Positions 9,233 to 17,472 of a stretch of 64,000 bases of DNA are shown here, piece after piece. The number at the start of each line of letters is the position of its first letter. Within the stretch, counting starts at the first letter, position 1. The notes below the pieces were generated by a model. The model made no database searches. It was given only the letters and a program-made list of their open reading frames with translations, and was not told the origin of the DNA. A program made the translations under genes and the position numbers. The stretch is taken from contig CAXXTH010000017.1 of the NCBI GenBank assembly GCA_963668025.2, positions 1,408,001 to 1,472,000 of the forward strand. Reading direction: 5' to 3'. The stretch is from Candidatus Hydrogenedentota bacterium. GTDB taxonomy: Bacteria > Hydrogenedentota > Hydrogenedentia > Hydrogenedentales > SLHB01.

Positions 9233-10510
9233 TTATAAGTATCCTCCCGCTTTTAGTGCCCTCCGGTCTTCTTCCGAAAGCGCTGTTCCTTCGGTTTGGC
9301 TGCGGGGATGGCCTTCATTCCATTCAGTGATGAGTATGCGCAACCGCTCTAGTTGCTCCGGATATTCGGCGCTGCAATTTGCAAGTTCCTTTGGATCGGT
9401 ATCGAGGCGGAACAGCTCGGGATGGTTCTCATGTAAAATGAGTTTCCATGGGCCATCGAGAATGCCTTGACGCTGGGGAGGGCGGCCCTTGAGGATCAAT
9501 TTCGCGCCGGGCAAATGAGGCACCGCGCCGCCATACGTTTCGATGATGCGGATGCGGTTATCGGGCGGTGTCTCGTTCAGGAGATTCATGCCCTGCATAT
9601 CCGCGAGCGGTGGAAGCCCTGCCAGCGCCAGCAAAGTGGGGCCCACATCGAGGCCGCGCACGGGGGCTTGGATGCGTTCTGGCTGTATGCCCGGCCCGGT
9701 GAAGAAAAAGGGAATATGAATGCCGTCTTGATAGATCCGGCGGCCATGGCCGAGATAGCCATGCTCATATAAGCTCTCACCATGGTCTGCCGCAAACAGG
9801 ATATAGGTGTTTTCTAGGGGCAGCGCTTCCAGCAAGCGGCCAATCTCATAGTCGGTAAAGGCGATTTCGGAGTCATACCGCTTTCGAGTGCGGTCTTCTT
9901 TGTTCAATCGTTTGCCTTCGTTATCCCAAGGATTGAAGCGGGTATGAAAACGATACGGGGCGTGCGGATCGGAATAATGTATCCAGCAGAAAAACGGCTT
10001 GCTGGCATCGCGCTGGGATAACTGTTCCAAGGCGATTTCGGTGACTTCATCGGCGTACCGTTCGTTTTTGAAAAATCCCCACCGCTTGTTGGTGAAATGG
10101 TCTTCATACACCTCGTAGCCGCGCGCCAGCCCCGATAGTTTGGCGCGAAGGGTCCAATTGCTTTGCACGCAGAATGTCTGGTATCCCGCCAGTTGGAACT
10201 GTTCCGCCACGGTGGGAGTGTCGTTTCCCAAGGGAAGCCCATTGCGAAACGCGCCGAGCGTCCGTGGAATCTGGGAGGTTTGCATCGCGCAGAAGGCGGG
10301 ATTGGTGAGAGGAACCTCTGTTACACAATCCTCGAATAGGCGGCCTTGGGCGGCAAGGCGGTCCAGATGGGGCGATGTATTCCGGCCGTACCCATAACAG
10401 CCGAGGTGATCGGCGCGTAATGTGTCCACGGATAAAAAGACGACATTGGGCGCGGAGGCATTCGGCGCGCCTAACACCAGCATGCATACGGTAACAAGCA
10501 CAGCGGCCAT
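9233..10510 (-). CDS. Exported sulfatase-like hydrolase
   Basis: Signal peptide, then DTLRADHLGCYGY, HYSDPHAPY and ADHGESL. Nucleophile region PLTNPAF. Confidence 0.85.
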   Translation of the reverse strand: MAAVLVTVCMLVLGAPNASAPNVVFLSVDTLRADHLGCYGYGRNTSPHLDRLAAQGRLFEDCVTEVPLTNPAFCAMQTSQIPRTLGAFRNGLPLGNDTPTVAEQFQLAGYQTFCVQSNWTLRAKLSGLARGYEVYEDHFTNKRWGFFKNERYADEVTEIALEQLSQRDASKPFFCWIHYSDPHAPYRFHTRFNPWDNEGKRLNKEDRTRKRYDSEIAFTDYEIGRLLEALPLENTYILFAADHGESLYEHGYLGHGRRIYQDGIHIPFFFTGPGIQPERIQAPVRGLDVGPTLLALAGLPPLADMQGMNLLNETPPDNRIRIIETYGGAVPHLPGAKLILKGRPPQRQGILDGPWKLILHENHPELFRLDTDPKELANCSAEYPEQLERLRILITEWNEGHPRSQTEGTALSEEDRRALKAGGYL

Positions 10511-10520
10511 CCATGGCCTC

Positions 10521-11003
10521 TTATTTAGGTTCAGCAGGCGACGGTGGAACAGGTTCTGCGGGATATTTGATTTCCACTTGGCATGGGGTTTCCAGCGGCG
10601 CATCTCCTTGTTCCGTGGAGACAATCACGACGCTGCCTTGTTCATTATATGCGGAGATCAAAAACGTAAATTGGCCGGAAGGGGCGTTGAGGGGAACATC
10701 GAGCATGCTGGATGTCCAGATGCCATCGCCGCTTTTCGCATCGGGAGCCTCGCCATTGTCGTAGAGGTGGATAATCACCCGGTTTTCAGGTTCTTGAGCG
10801 GTTTGTTCGCCTTTGACTTCCGCCTGCACGTTCTTGATGATCCCGTATTTGTCAGAGACCTTGACGGAAATAACCGCGCTGTCGCCGGGAGCAAGGACGG
10901 CGGGTTGAACTCCGGCTTGATCAAGACGGGGCTGGCGTCCAAGCGTATTGCAGCCAGCTAACGCCAGTGTTGCGATGAGCGCCAGATACATCGAGGTTTT
11001 CAT
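10521..11003 (-). CDS. Lipoprotein with a choice-of-anchor-X-like (LYDNG..D..GDGIW) Ig-fold domain
   Basis: Lipobox LALAGC and motif LYDNGEAPDAKSGDGIWT. Confidence 0.7.
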   Translation of the reverse strand: MKTSMYLALIATLALAGCNTLGRQPRLDQAGVQPAVLAPGDSAVISVKVSDKYGIIKNVQAEVKGEQTAQEPENRVIIHLYDNGEAPDAKSGDGIWTSSMLDVPLNAPSGQFTFLISAYNEQGSVVIVSTEQGDAPLETPCQVEIKYPAEPVPPSPAEPK

Positions 11004-11237
11004 GCTGCATTCTCCAGGCGCCGTACGCGGCGCCGTATACCAGTCATTCCATTGACGCGGGCTTCACCCGCATGCCATGCTGTTTCGCGGATTCGCGGAT
11101 ATTGGCTTTCCACGGAAATCCATGGCAAGCAGACTACCCCAGCCCATGCGAAGCTGTCAAACGCGCATGCCCTGCTCTGTGTATAACGGAATGGATAACG
11201 CGCAGGGGGACAGCCCGGGGCGATTGGCAGAGGATAC

Positions 11238-12032
11238 ATGACGCAACGATTTCTGGCGCGGCTGCGCTACGAGGGAACTCATTTCTCGGGCTGGCAAGTG
11301 CAGCCGCATCTTCGCACGGTGCAAGGCGTAATCGAAGAAGCCCTGTCCCGGATGGCCGGGGAGCATATACGGGTGCAAGGCGCTTCACGTACGGATGCGG
11401 GCGTTCATGCCTTTGGGCAAACGTGCGTGTTTGATTGGAAAAAAGAGCAGGACGGCGGGCGGCTTCAGCATTCCCTCTCGGGCATGCTAGGCCCCGAGAT
11501 TCGCGTGGACGCCATCGAACCGGTTGTGGCGGATTTTGATCCAAGGCGCTGGGCCATAGGCAAACACTATGCCTATACGCTGCATCTAGGGCGGGAAGCG
11601 GATCCGTTTGCCGTCCGGTATGCCTGGCCCATTCGATGGAAGCTGGATATGGGGCGGCTCGCGGATTACGCCCAGCTTTTGGTGGGCGAGCATGATTTCG
11701 CGGGATTCGAGAGCTCCGGTTCTGCTAGCGGCTCCACTATTCGAACCATTCATGGCATAGCCGTGCGGCCCGGGGCGGTTATAGGGTCGTGTGACGCCGT
11801 GAATTGCTGGCGCATGGAATTTCACGGGAGCGGCTTCTTGTATCACATGGTGCGCAATATCGTGGGGACGCTCGTGGATGTGGCGCGCGGCCATAAGCAG
11901 GTGGACTGGATTGCCGAACGGCTACATGCCCCCGGGCCTTTCCGGGGCCGCACGGCCCCTGCTCAAGGCCTGGTCCTCATGCGCGTGTTTTATGAACACG
12001 CCGAATACGCCAAGGCGCACCAGAGGATATGA
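11238..12032 (+). CDS. truA: tRNA pseudouridine(38-40) synthase TruA
   Basis: Motifs YEGTHFSGWQVQ, SRTDAGVHA, GFLYHMVRNIVG and TAPAQGL. Confidence 0.95.
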   Translation: MTQRFLARLRYEGTHFSGWQVQPHLRTVQGVIEEALSRMAGEHIRVQGASRTDAGVHAFGQTCVFDWKKEQDGGRLQHSLSGMLGPEIRVDAIEPVVADFDPRRWAIGKHYAYTLHLGREADPFAVRYAWPIRWKLDMGRLADYAQLLVGEHDFAGFESSGSASGSTIRTIHGIAVRPGAVIGSCDAVNCWRMEFHGSGFLYHMVRNIVGTLVDVARGHKQVDWIAERLHAPGPFRGRTAPAQGLVLMRVFYEHAEYAKAHQRI

Positions 12033-12245
12033 AAAGGAAATGCGCCGTGGGGGCAACCACAGCGCACTCACAGAGGGTTTCGGCCTTGCGGATACCTTTC
12101 AGCTCGGGACTTGATATGGCGTCCGAAAGACCGTTTGTTTCGACATCCGTGTCACGTAATCCTCGACTTCCCTGTCTTGGATGAATCTTGATTGGACTTC
12201 CTTGTCCTTTTTTCCGGCCTTGGCCTCCTTGCCTCGGCCGTTATG
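12032..12245 (-). ncRNA. Candidate sigma28-dependent sRNA 1 with four CsrA/RsmA-type GGA hairpins
   Basis: Minus-strand hairpins GGCAAGGAGGCC, GGACAAGGAAGUCC, GACAGGGAAGUC and GACACGGAUGUC. Terminator stem 12041-12066 plus U-rich tail. Promoter at 12252-12278. Confidence 0.7.
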
Positions 12246-12251
12246 CAATAT

Positions 12252-12278
12252 ATATCGGCGCGTTTGGCGAGAACTTTA
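12252..12278 (-). promoter_or_regulatory. sigma28 (FliA/SigD)-type promoter
   Basis: TAAAGTTC-11 nt-GCCGATAT on the minus strand. Consensus is TAAAGTTT-N11-GCCGATAA. Confidence 0.8.
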
Positions 12279-12312
12279 GTTGGGGCGCATTCGGTTACAT
12301 CAATAGTGCGCT

Positions 12313-12437
12313 AAAAAAATAAGAGCGCCACACATGGGGACTGTGGCGCACTCAAGAAGGGTGGAACTTGGGACATCGAGACTGGTCCGGGGGACAACCT
12401 TTCCGGCCTCTTTGTTGTTTCCCATTCAACTTTGTTA
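12313..12437 (-). ncRNA. Candidate sigma28-dependent sRNA 2 (GUCCC-rich, weaker GGA sites)
   Basis: Same 3' block UGAGUGCGCCACA-loop-UGUGGCGC plus U-tract (stem 12325-12349). Three GUCCC motifs. Promoter at 12444-12470. Confidence 0.65.
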
Positions 12438-12443
12438 CTTCTT

Positions 12444-12470
12444 ATATCGGCCTTTTGCGGGAAAACTTTA
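12444..12470 (-). promoter_or_regulatory. sigma28 (FliA/SigD)-type promoter
   Basis: TAAAGTTT-11 nt-GCCGATAT on the minus strand. Confidence 0.82.
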
Positions 12471-12572
12471 GCCAAAATATAAAGGAAATTTATATAAACA
12501 AAATGGCATATTCTGGGACTATTTTGGCTTTATTAATGTTACAGAATGATGATACAACACATATTTAGCACT

Positions 12573-12744
12573 AATAAAGGAAAGCGCCACAATTGGGCAT
12601 TGTGGCGCACTCATGGAGGTATAGCTTAGGGACCTTGTATTCGCCTCGGCGTTGGGACGGCGCCTGGGCTGTGGGACGGTTCCGTTAGCGTAATTTCGAC
12701 TTCCGTGTCTCGGGGGGCTTCGACTTCCTTGTCTTAGCCTTGCA
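12573..12744 (-). ncRNA. Candidate sigma28-dependent sRNA 3 (GGA hairpins plus GUCCC motifs)
   Basis: Hairpins GACAAGGAAGUC (12722-12733) and GACACGGAAGUC (12698-12709), plus AACGGAAC and three GUCCC motifs. Terminator stem 12584-12608 plus U-rich tail. Confidence 0.7.
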
Positions 12745-12750
12745 CTGTAT

Positions 12751-12777
12751 ATATCGGCGGCAATGAACGAAACTTGA
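12751..12777 (-). promoter_or_regulatory. sigma28 (FliA/SigD)-type promoter
   Basis: TCAAGTTT-11 nt-GCCGATAT on the minus strand. Confidence 0.78.
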
Positions 12778-12839
12778 GCCCGAATGTAAATGGGCGTGAT
12801 GTGGATTGAATAATAAAACTTATGTGATATTTATGTGTT

Positions 12840-13865
12840 TTAATCAAACAGATGGCCTTGCGCATTTGGTGGAGGCGCCAGGCCGAAGTGGCGGTAGCCA
12901 AGGGGAGTGGCGACGCGCCCCTGCGGGGTGCGCTTGAGGAAGCCTAACTGTATTAGAAAAGGCTCATGGACCTCCTCGATGGTTTGGGCGTCTTCGCCGA
13001 TGCTGACAGCGAGGGAAGACAGGCCAACAGGCCCGCCGCTGAATTTATGGATGACGGTTTCGATGATATGGCGGTCCATGTCGTCGAGGCCCAGCGCGTC
13101 GATGCGCAGAAGGTTAAGCGCGGCATCGGCGATTTCCTGCGTGATGACGCCATCGCCCTTTACTTCGGCAAAGTCGCGCACGCGGCGGAGCAGGCGGTTG
13201 GCGACGCGGGCGGTTCCCCTGGAGCGTCCCGCCAATTCAAGCGCGCCGGTGTCTTCAATGGGCACATTGAGGATGCGGGCGGAGCGTTTGACGATCTGCT
13301 CAAGCTCGGCGGGAGAGTAGAATTCAAAGCGGCAGGTGTCGCCGAAGCGCGCCCGCAGCGGTGGCGTAAGGAGGCCCGAACGGGTGGTGGCCCCGATCAG
13401 GGTGAATCGCTTGAGGCCGATTTTCATCGAGCGCGCCGTGGGGCCCTTCCCGAGCATGATATCGACCTCAAAATCCTCCATGGCGGAATAGAGGGTTTCC
13501 TCGACCGCATGGTTAAGGCGGTGGATCTCGTCGATGAACAGGAAGTCGAACTCATCCAGGCTGGTCAGAATAGCGCTGAGGTCCGCCTGGCGCTCGATGA
13601 CGGGCCCGGAGGTGGATTTAATGTCCACTCCCATCTCATTGGCGAGAATGCGGGCGAGGGTGGTCTTGCCGAGTCCTGGCGGGCCAGAAAGCAGCAGATG
13701 GTCAAGAGGCTCGCGCCGGTTCTTAGCGGCTTCGATGGCGATGTGGAGTTTTTCCTTGATGGGCTCCTGCCCAGGGAAATCCTCGAGGCGCTGCGGGCGT
13801 ATGCGGTCGTCAAACTGCGAGTCCTCGCTAATGGGCGCGCCGCTGAGCAAGTCATTGTTAGCCAT
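12840..13865 (-). CDS. ruvB: Holliday junction branch migration helicase RuvB
   Basis: Motifs [11 protein letters not shown], Walker [27 protein letters not shown] and RTPQGR. Start at MANNDLL. Confidence 0.97.
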   Translation of the reverse strand: MANNDLLSGAPISEDSQFDDRIRPQRLEDFPGQEPIKEKLHIAIEAAKNRREPLDHLLLSGPPGLGKTTLARILANEMGVDIKSTSGPVIERQADLSAILTSLDEFDFLFIDEIHRLNHAVEETLYSAMEDFEVDIMLGKGPTARSMKIGLKRFTLIGATTRSGLLTPPLRARFGDTCRFEFYSPAELEQIVKRSARILNVPIEDTGALELAGRSRGTARVANRLLRRVRDFAEVKGDGVITQEIADAALNLLRIDALGLDDMDRHIIETVIHKFSGGPVGLSSLAVSIGEDAQTIEEVHEPFLIQLGFLKRTPQGRVATPLGYRHFGLAPPPNAQGHLFD

Positions 13866-14017
13866 GGGGTGTTGTGTTTCCTTATGCCAGGTAAAACCAA
13901 TTAGGCGCGAAGGCGCACTTCGCATCTGCATTATGGAAGACAGCGCGCCCGGACGCAAGCAGTTGGCCAGCGGGGGAAATAGAATGGAAATGCCGCTCTT
14001 CATCTCGCGGAAGAATC

Positions 14018-14081
14018 CGCCACAAAAAGCGCAGGCCACAAAGATGCATTCTTTCTTGTGCTTCTTGTGCTTCTTGTGGCT
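14018..14081. repeat. Short imperfect palindromic element with 9-bp tandem units (TTCTTGTGC)x3
   Basis: GCCACAAAAAGCGCA..CACAAAG facing TTCTTGTGCTTCTTGTGCTTCTTGTGGC. Confidence 0.6.
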
Positions 14082-14186
14082 AGAGCGGTGTAAGGTTGGA
14101 TACAATGAGATAGAGTGCATGGCTATGATTCAAATTGAACCGCTCAAGTATCGTGAACGAAGATGATGCCGGAATTGGTTACGTAG

Positions 14187-14590
14187 GTGTCCCGAAGGGA
14201 CATCCCATCACAGCCCAGGGCCGACCGCCGCCCGAAGGGCAAGGGAGCCCCTGGGTGCAAATGCCCCCTCCCCGAAATGCCCTGTATGGGCATCCCAAAA
14301 GTGAGCCATTTCACGCTATTGATACCTGAAAGTATTCGGCGGCGGAGCTTCTTTAACGCAGAGAACGCAAAGGACGCGGAGTTTCGCGGAGCAGACATCT
14401 CCTCCTCGAAACTCCGCGTCCTCAGCGCCTATCTCTGCGATGATCTACAACACATTGATGGCGTGAAAAGAATGACTCTTGTGATGTCCCTTCAGGACAA
14501 TTCATTGGGGGCGCTTATTCCCAGGGGCTCCCTTGCCCTTCGGGCGGCGGTCGGCCCTGGGCTGGGGGTTGGGTTGTCCCTTCGGGACAC
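14187..14590. repeat. Roughly 400-bp nested inverted-repeat element (REPIN/MITE-like)
   Basis: Perfect 45-bp inverted repeat 14211-14255 / 14520-14564. Outer arms GTGTCCCGAAGGGACA / TGTCCCTTCGGGACAC. Inner inverted pair 14309-14323 / 14454-14468 and a central palindrome at about 14357-14440. Confidence 0.8.
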
Positions 14591-14661
14591 TATTTTTTAA
14601 TTCTGTACTGATCTCTTATATCAGCAGGTTTCATAATGTGATTCTTTCAATGCAAAGATAA

Positions 14662-14692
14662 AAGCGGCGCGCCCGTTACGAGTGCGCCGCTT
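14662..14692 (-). terminator. Rho-independent terminator of the E1 gene
   Basis: AAGCGGCGCG / TGCGCCGCTT stem followed by U residues on the minus strand. Confidence 0.65.
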
Positions 14693-14714
14693 CGTGTGTA
14701 CTCTCAATGGAGAC

Positions 14715-17255
14715 TTATTGTACGCCGTATTTCGTTAAGGCGAGCATTTCCTCGGGCGTACGGTCCGTCGTGGGCGTGTAGCCCGGCAGCGCCTTGATCT
14801 GCGTGTGGTACGCATCCAGGAACCATTCCGTTTGCGGATAGTAGAATTCTTCGAGTTCCGCTGGCGGCACGATCCAATTGCGTGCGCCTACGATGCAAGG
14901 CGGCGCATCCAGATAATCGAAGGCCATTTGCGAGATCCGTGAAGCCACCGTATGCAGGTAGCTCGCGACTTCACAAGCGTCGCTGGCCAGGATGAGCTTG
15001 CCCGTTTTCTTCACGGAATTTACCAGCTTCTCATAATCGAGCGGAGCCAGGCATTGGCCGTCAATCAGCTCGACCGAGATGCCGAATTCCTTCTCGAAGC
15101 GCTGGGCGGCTTCCCATGCGCGGTACAGCGTAGCGCCGAAGGTCACGATGGTGAGATCGCTGCCTTCTTTGATGATGGCCGGTTCGCCGATGGGCAAGGT
15201 GTAATATTCCGCCGGAACGCCGCCGGGATGGAGGATTTCGGTCTGGTCGTACAGCCGCTGGCTCTCGAAGAAGACCACCGGGTCGCTGCCGCGCAATGCC
15301 GTCGCCATGAGGCCCTTGGCGCTGTACGGCGTGGCCGGGAACACGACCTTGAGGCCCGGAACGTGGGCGCAAAGGGTCGTCCAGTCCTGCGAGTGCTGTG
15401 CGCCGTATTTGCTGCCGACGGATACGCGCAGCACCACCGGCATGCGGCAGTAGCCGCCCGACATGGCCTGCCACTTGGGCAATTGGTTGAACACTTCGTC
15501 GCCCGCGCGGCCCATGAAGTCGCAATACATCAGTTCGACGATGGGGCGCCCGCCCTCGAGGGCGAAACCGACGGACGAACCGACGATGGCCCCTTCGGAT
15601 ATGGGCGAATTAAACAAGCGGTGGTAAGGCAATGCTTCCGTCAGGCCGCGATAGACCGCGAACGCGCCGCCCCAATCGCGGTTTTCTTCACCATACGCCG
15701 CGATGCGCGAGTCATTGTAGAAGTGGTGGGCAATAGACTCGAAGATGGCGTCGCGGAAACTGACCGCTTTGCTTTCCTTGAGGGTTTTGCCTGCGCTGTC
15801 GAGGCCGCTGCGGGATTTTTTGGCGATTTGGACGACCCGGGGATTCTCCTCGAGGGGCATGCGCACGTCTTCTTTACGGGCCAGGCCGGGAAGCTCCTGG
15901 AGAGGCTCATTCGAGAACATGAACGTATCCAAAGTGATATGCGAACCAAGCTTCATGCGCGGCGAGGTGGTTTCATCCACGGCCAGCTTGCAGGCCTTCT
16001 TGACCTTTTCGGTGGCATAATCGCGCACGGCGGCCAATTCGTCCTCGGAACAGACGCCCGCATCCACCAATTTGCCCGCGAATTCCGTGAGCGGATCCAC
16101 CGCGCGCCATGCCTCGATCTCTTCGCGTTCGCGATAAGACGACTGGTCGCTGGGGGAATGGCCCGTCTGGCGGTAGCAGATGGTCTCGAGAAGAACCGGG
16201 CCACGGCGGTCGGCCAGGATGGCTTTCTTGCGCAGGTAGGCGTCCGCGAGGGCCAGCGGATTATTGCCGTCGACGCATTCGGCATGCATGTTTTCGGGAT
16301 TGATGGCGGCTCCACTGCGGGCCAGGCGCTCGAAGCCCATGGTCTCGCCGATAGGCTGGCCGCCCATGCCGTAGAAGTTGTTCATGAAGTTAAAGATAAT
16401 CGGCAGGCCGCCTTTGAAGGGCTCTTCCCATAAATTGCGGTATTGGGCCATGCCGGCGAACTGCATGCCTTCCCACACCGGGCCGCAGCCAATCGAGGCG
16501 TCGCCGATGTTGGCCACGACGATGCCGGGCTTTTGGAGGATTTTCTTGGCCAAAGCCGCGCCCGCGGCGATGTCGGAACTGCCGCCCACGATAGCATTGT
16601 TCGGGAAGACGCCAAAAGGCGTGAAGAACGCATGCATCGAGCCGCCCATGCCTTTGTTGAAGCCGGTCTCACGGCCGAAGACTTCCGCGAGCAAGCCATA
16701 AAGCAGGAAATCGATGCCCAGCTCCATTTCATCGGCATTTTCCGTGGCGGCCAATTTTTTCTTGCCATTCAAGGAAGCGGCCAAGGCATGCGGTGCGCCG
16801 CCTTGTTCGACAATTTTCAGAATGATGCCGTCGAAGTACGACTCCATGATGGGCATAAGGCCCGAGCCTTTGAGGCGCTGGATGGCGCTAAGTCCTTTGG
16901 CGATGATTTCACCGTGGCTGCGGTGGCTGCCAAAAATATGGTCTTCTACATCGAGATAGAAGCTTTCGCCTACAGCCGCGCCTTCCTGGCCGATGGAAAG
17001 GTGGGCGGGGCCTGCATGCTTGTAGGCAATGCCTTGATATTCGCCGAGGGTCTTAATTTGGTTCAACATGGTCTCGAATTCGCGAATAAGGACCATGTCG
17101 CGGTAAATGCGCAGGCAGGATTCAGGAGTGACATCAGGATTTTTCTTTAGCTCTTCCTTCAACGTCTTTTGGTATGCGTTGATGGAGATGCTGCCTAGCT
17201 CCAGTACTTCCATTTGGCGCACTTGCTCAGGGACTACCATCAGTTTCTTCGTCAT
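14715..17255 (-). CDS. Fused E1 alpha/beta thiamine-diphosphate-dependent 2-oxoacid/acetoin dehydrogenase component
   Basis: Alpha motifs HLSIGQEG, SHRSHG, GMGGSMH, GDA..NNFYGMG and YRQTGHS. Beta motifs FNSPISEGAIVG, GAQHSQ and DPVVFFE. Confidence 0.9.
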   Translation of the reverse strand: MTKKLMVVPEQVRQMEVLELGSISINAYQKTLKEELKKNPDVTPESCLRIYRDMVLIREFETMLNQIKTLGEYQGIAYKHAGPAHLSIGQEGAAVGESFYLDVEDHIFGSHRSHGEIIAKGLSAIQRLKGSGLMPIMESYFDGIILKIVEQGGAPHALAASLNGKKKLAATENADEMELGIDFLLYGLLAEVFGRETGFNKGMGGSMHAFFTPFGVFPNNAIVGGSSDIAAGAALAKKILQKPGIVVANIGDASIGCGPVWEGMQFAGMAQYRNLWEEPFKGGLPIIFNFMNNFYGMGGQPIGETMGFERLARSGAAINPENMHAECVDGNNPLALADAYLRKKAILADRRGPVLLETICYRQTGHSPSDQSSYREREEIEAWRAVDPLTEFAGKLVDAGVCSEDELAAVRDYATEKVKKACKLAVDETTSPRMKLGSHITLDTFMFSNEPLQELPGLARKEDVRMPLEENPRVVQIAKKSRSGLDSAGKTLKESKAVSFRDAIFESIAHHFYNDSRIAAYGEENRDWGGAFAVYRGLTEALPYHRLFNSPISEGAIVGSSVGFALEGGRPIVELMYCDFMGRAGDEVFNQLPKWQAMSGGYCRMPVVLRVSVGSKYGAQHSQDWTTLCAHVPGLKVVFPATPYSAKGLMATALRGSDPVVFFESQRLYDQTEILHPGGVPAEYYTLPIGEPAIIKEGSDLTIVTFGATLYRAWEAAQRFEKEFGISVELIDGQCLAPLDYEKLVNSVKKTGKLILASDACEVASYLHTVASRISQMAFDYLDAPPCIVGARNWIVPPAELEEFYYPQTEWFLDAYHTQIKALPGYTPTTDRTPEEMLALTKYGVQ

Positions 17256-17472
17256 AATTCGGAACCTTTCAGTATGCTGCGGACGTATTTTTCCGTGCGC
17301 GGGTGTTGGGTGCGGAATCAGGCGCACTCGCCTACATAGTAAAAAAACCGTTAAAGTATACCAAAAGCATATCCTAAATGCGAATAGCTGTTTTTTTGAA
17401 GGAAGGAATATTCTATTCTAACATAGTGGAATCTAAATGCGGTAACACGAACACCATGGGGGAGCATATGTT

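Noticed and set aside
12032-12777. CRISPR array, or small plus-strand ORFs (e.g. 12368-12568) following GAGG-like motifs
   Set aside because: The repeats are degenerate and unevenly spaced, and there are no cas genes. Promoters and U-tracts all point to minus-strand transcription, and the three units share no reading frame.
12840-14120. 426-aa RuvB with a long N-terminal extension
   Set aside because: The extension (HKKHKKHKK) is a translation of an intergenic repeat. Homology starts at ATG 13865.
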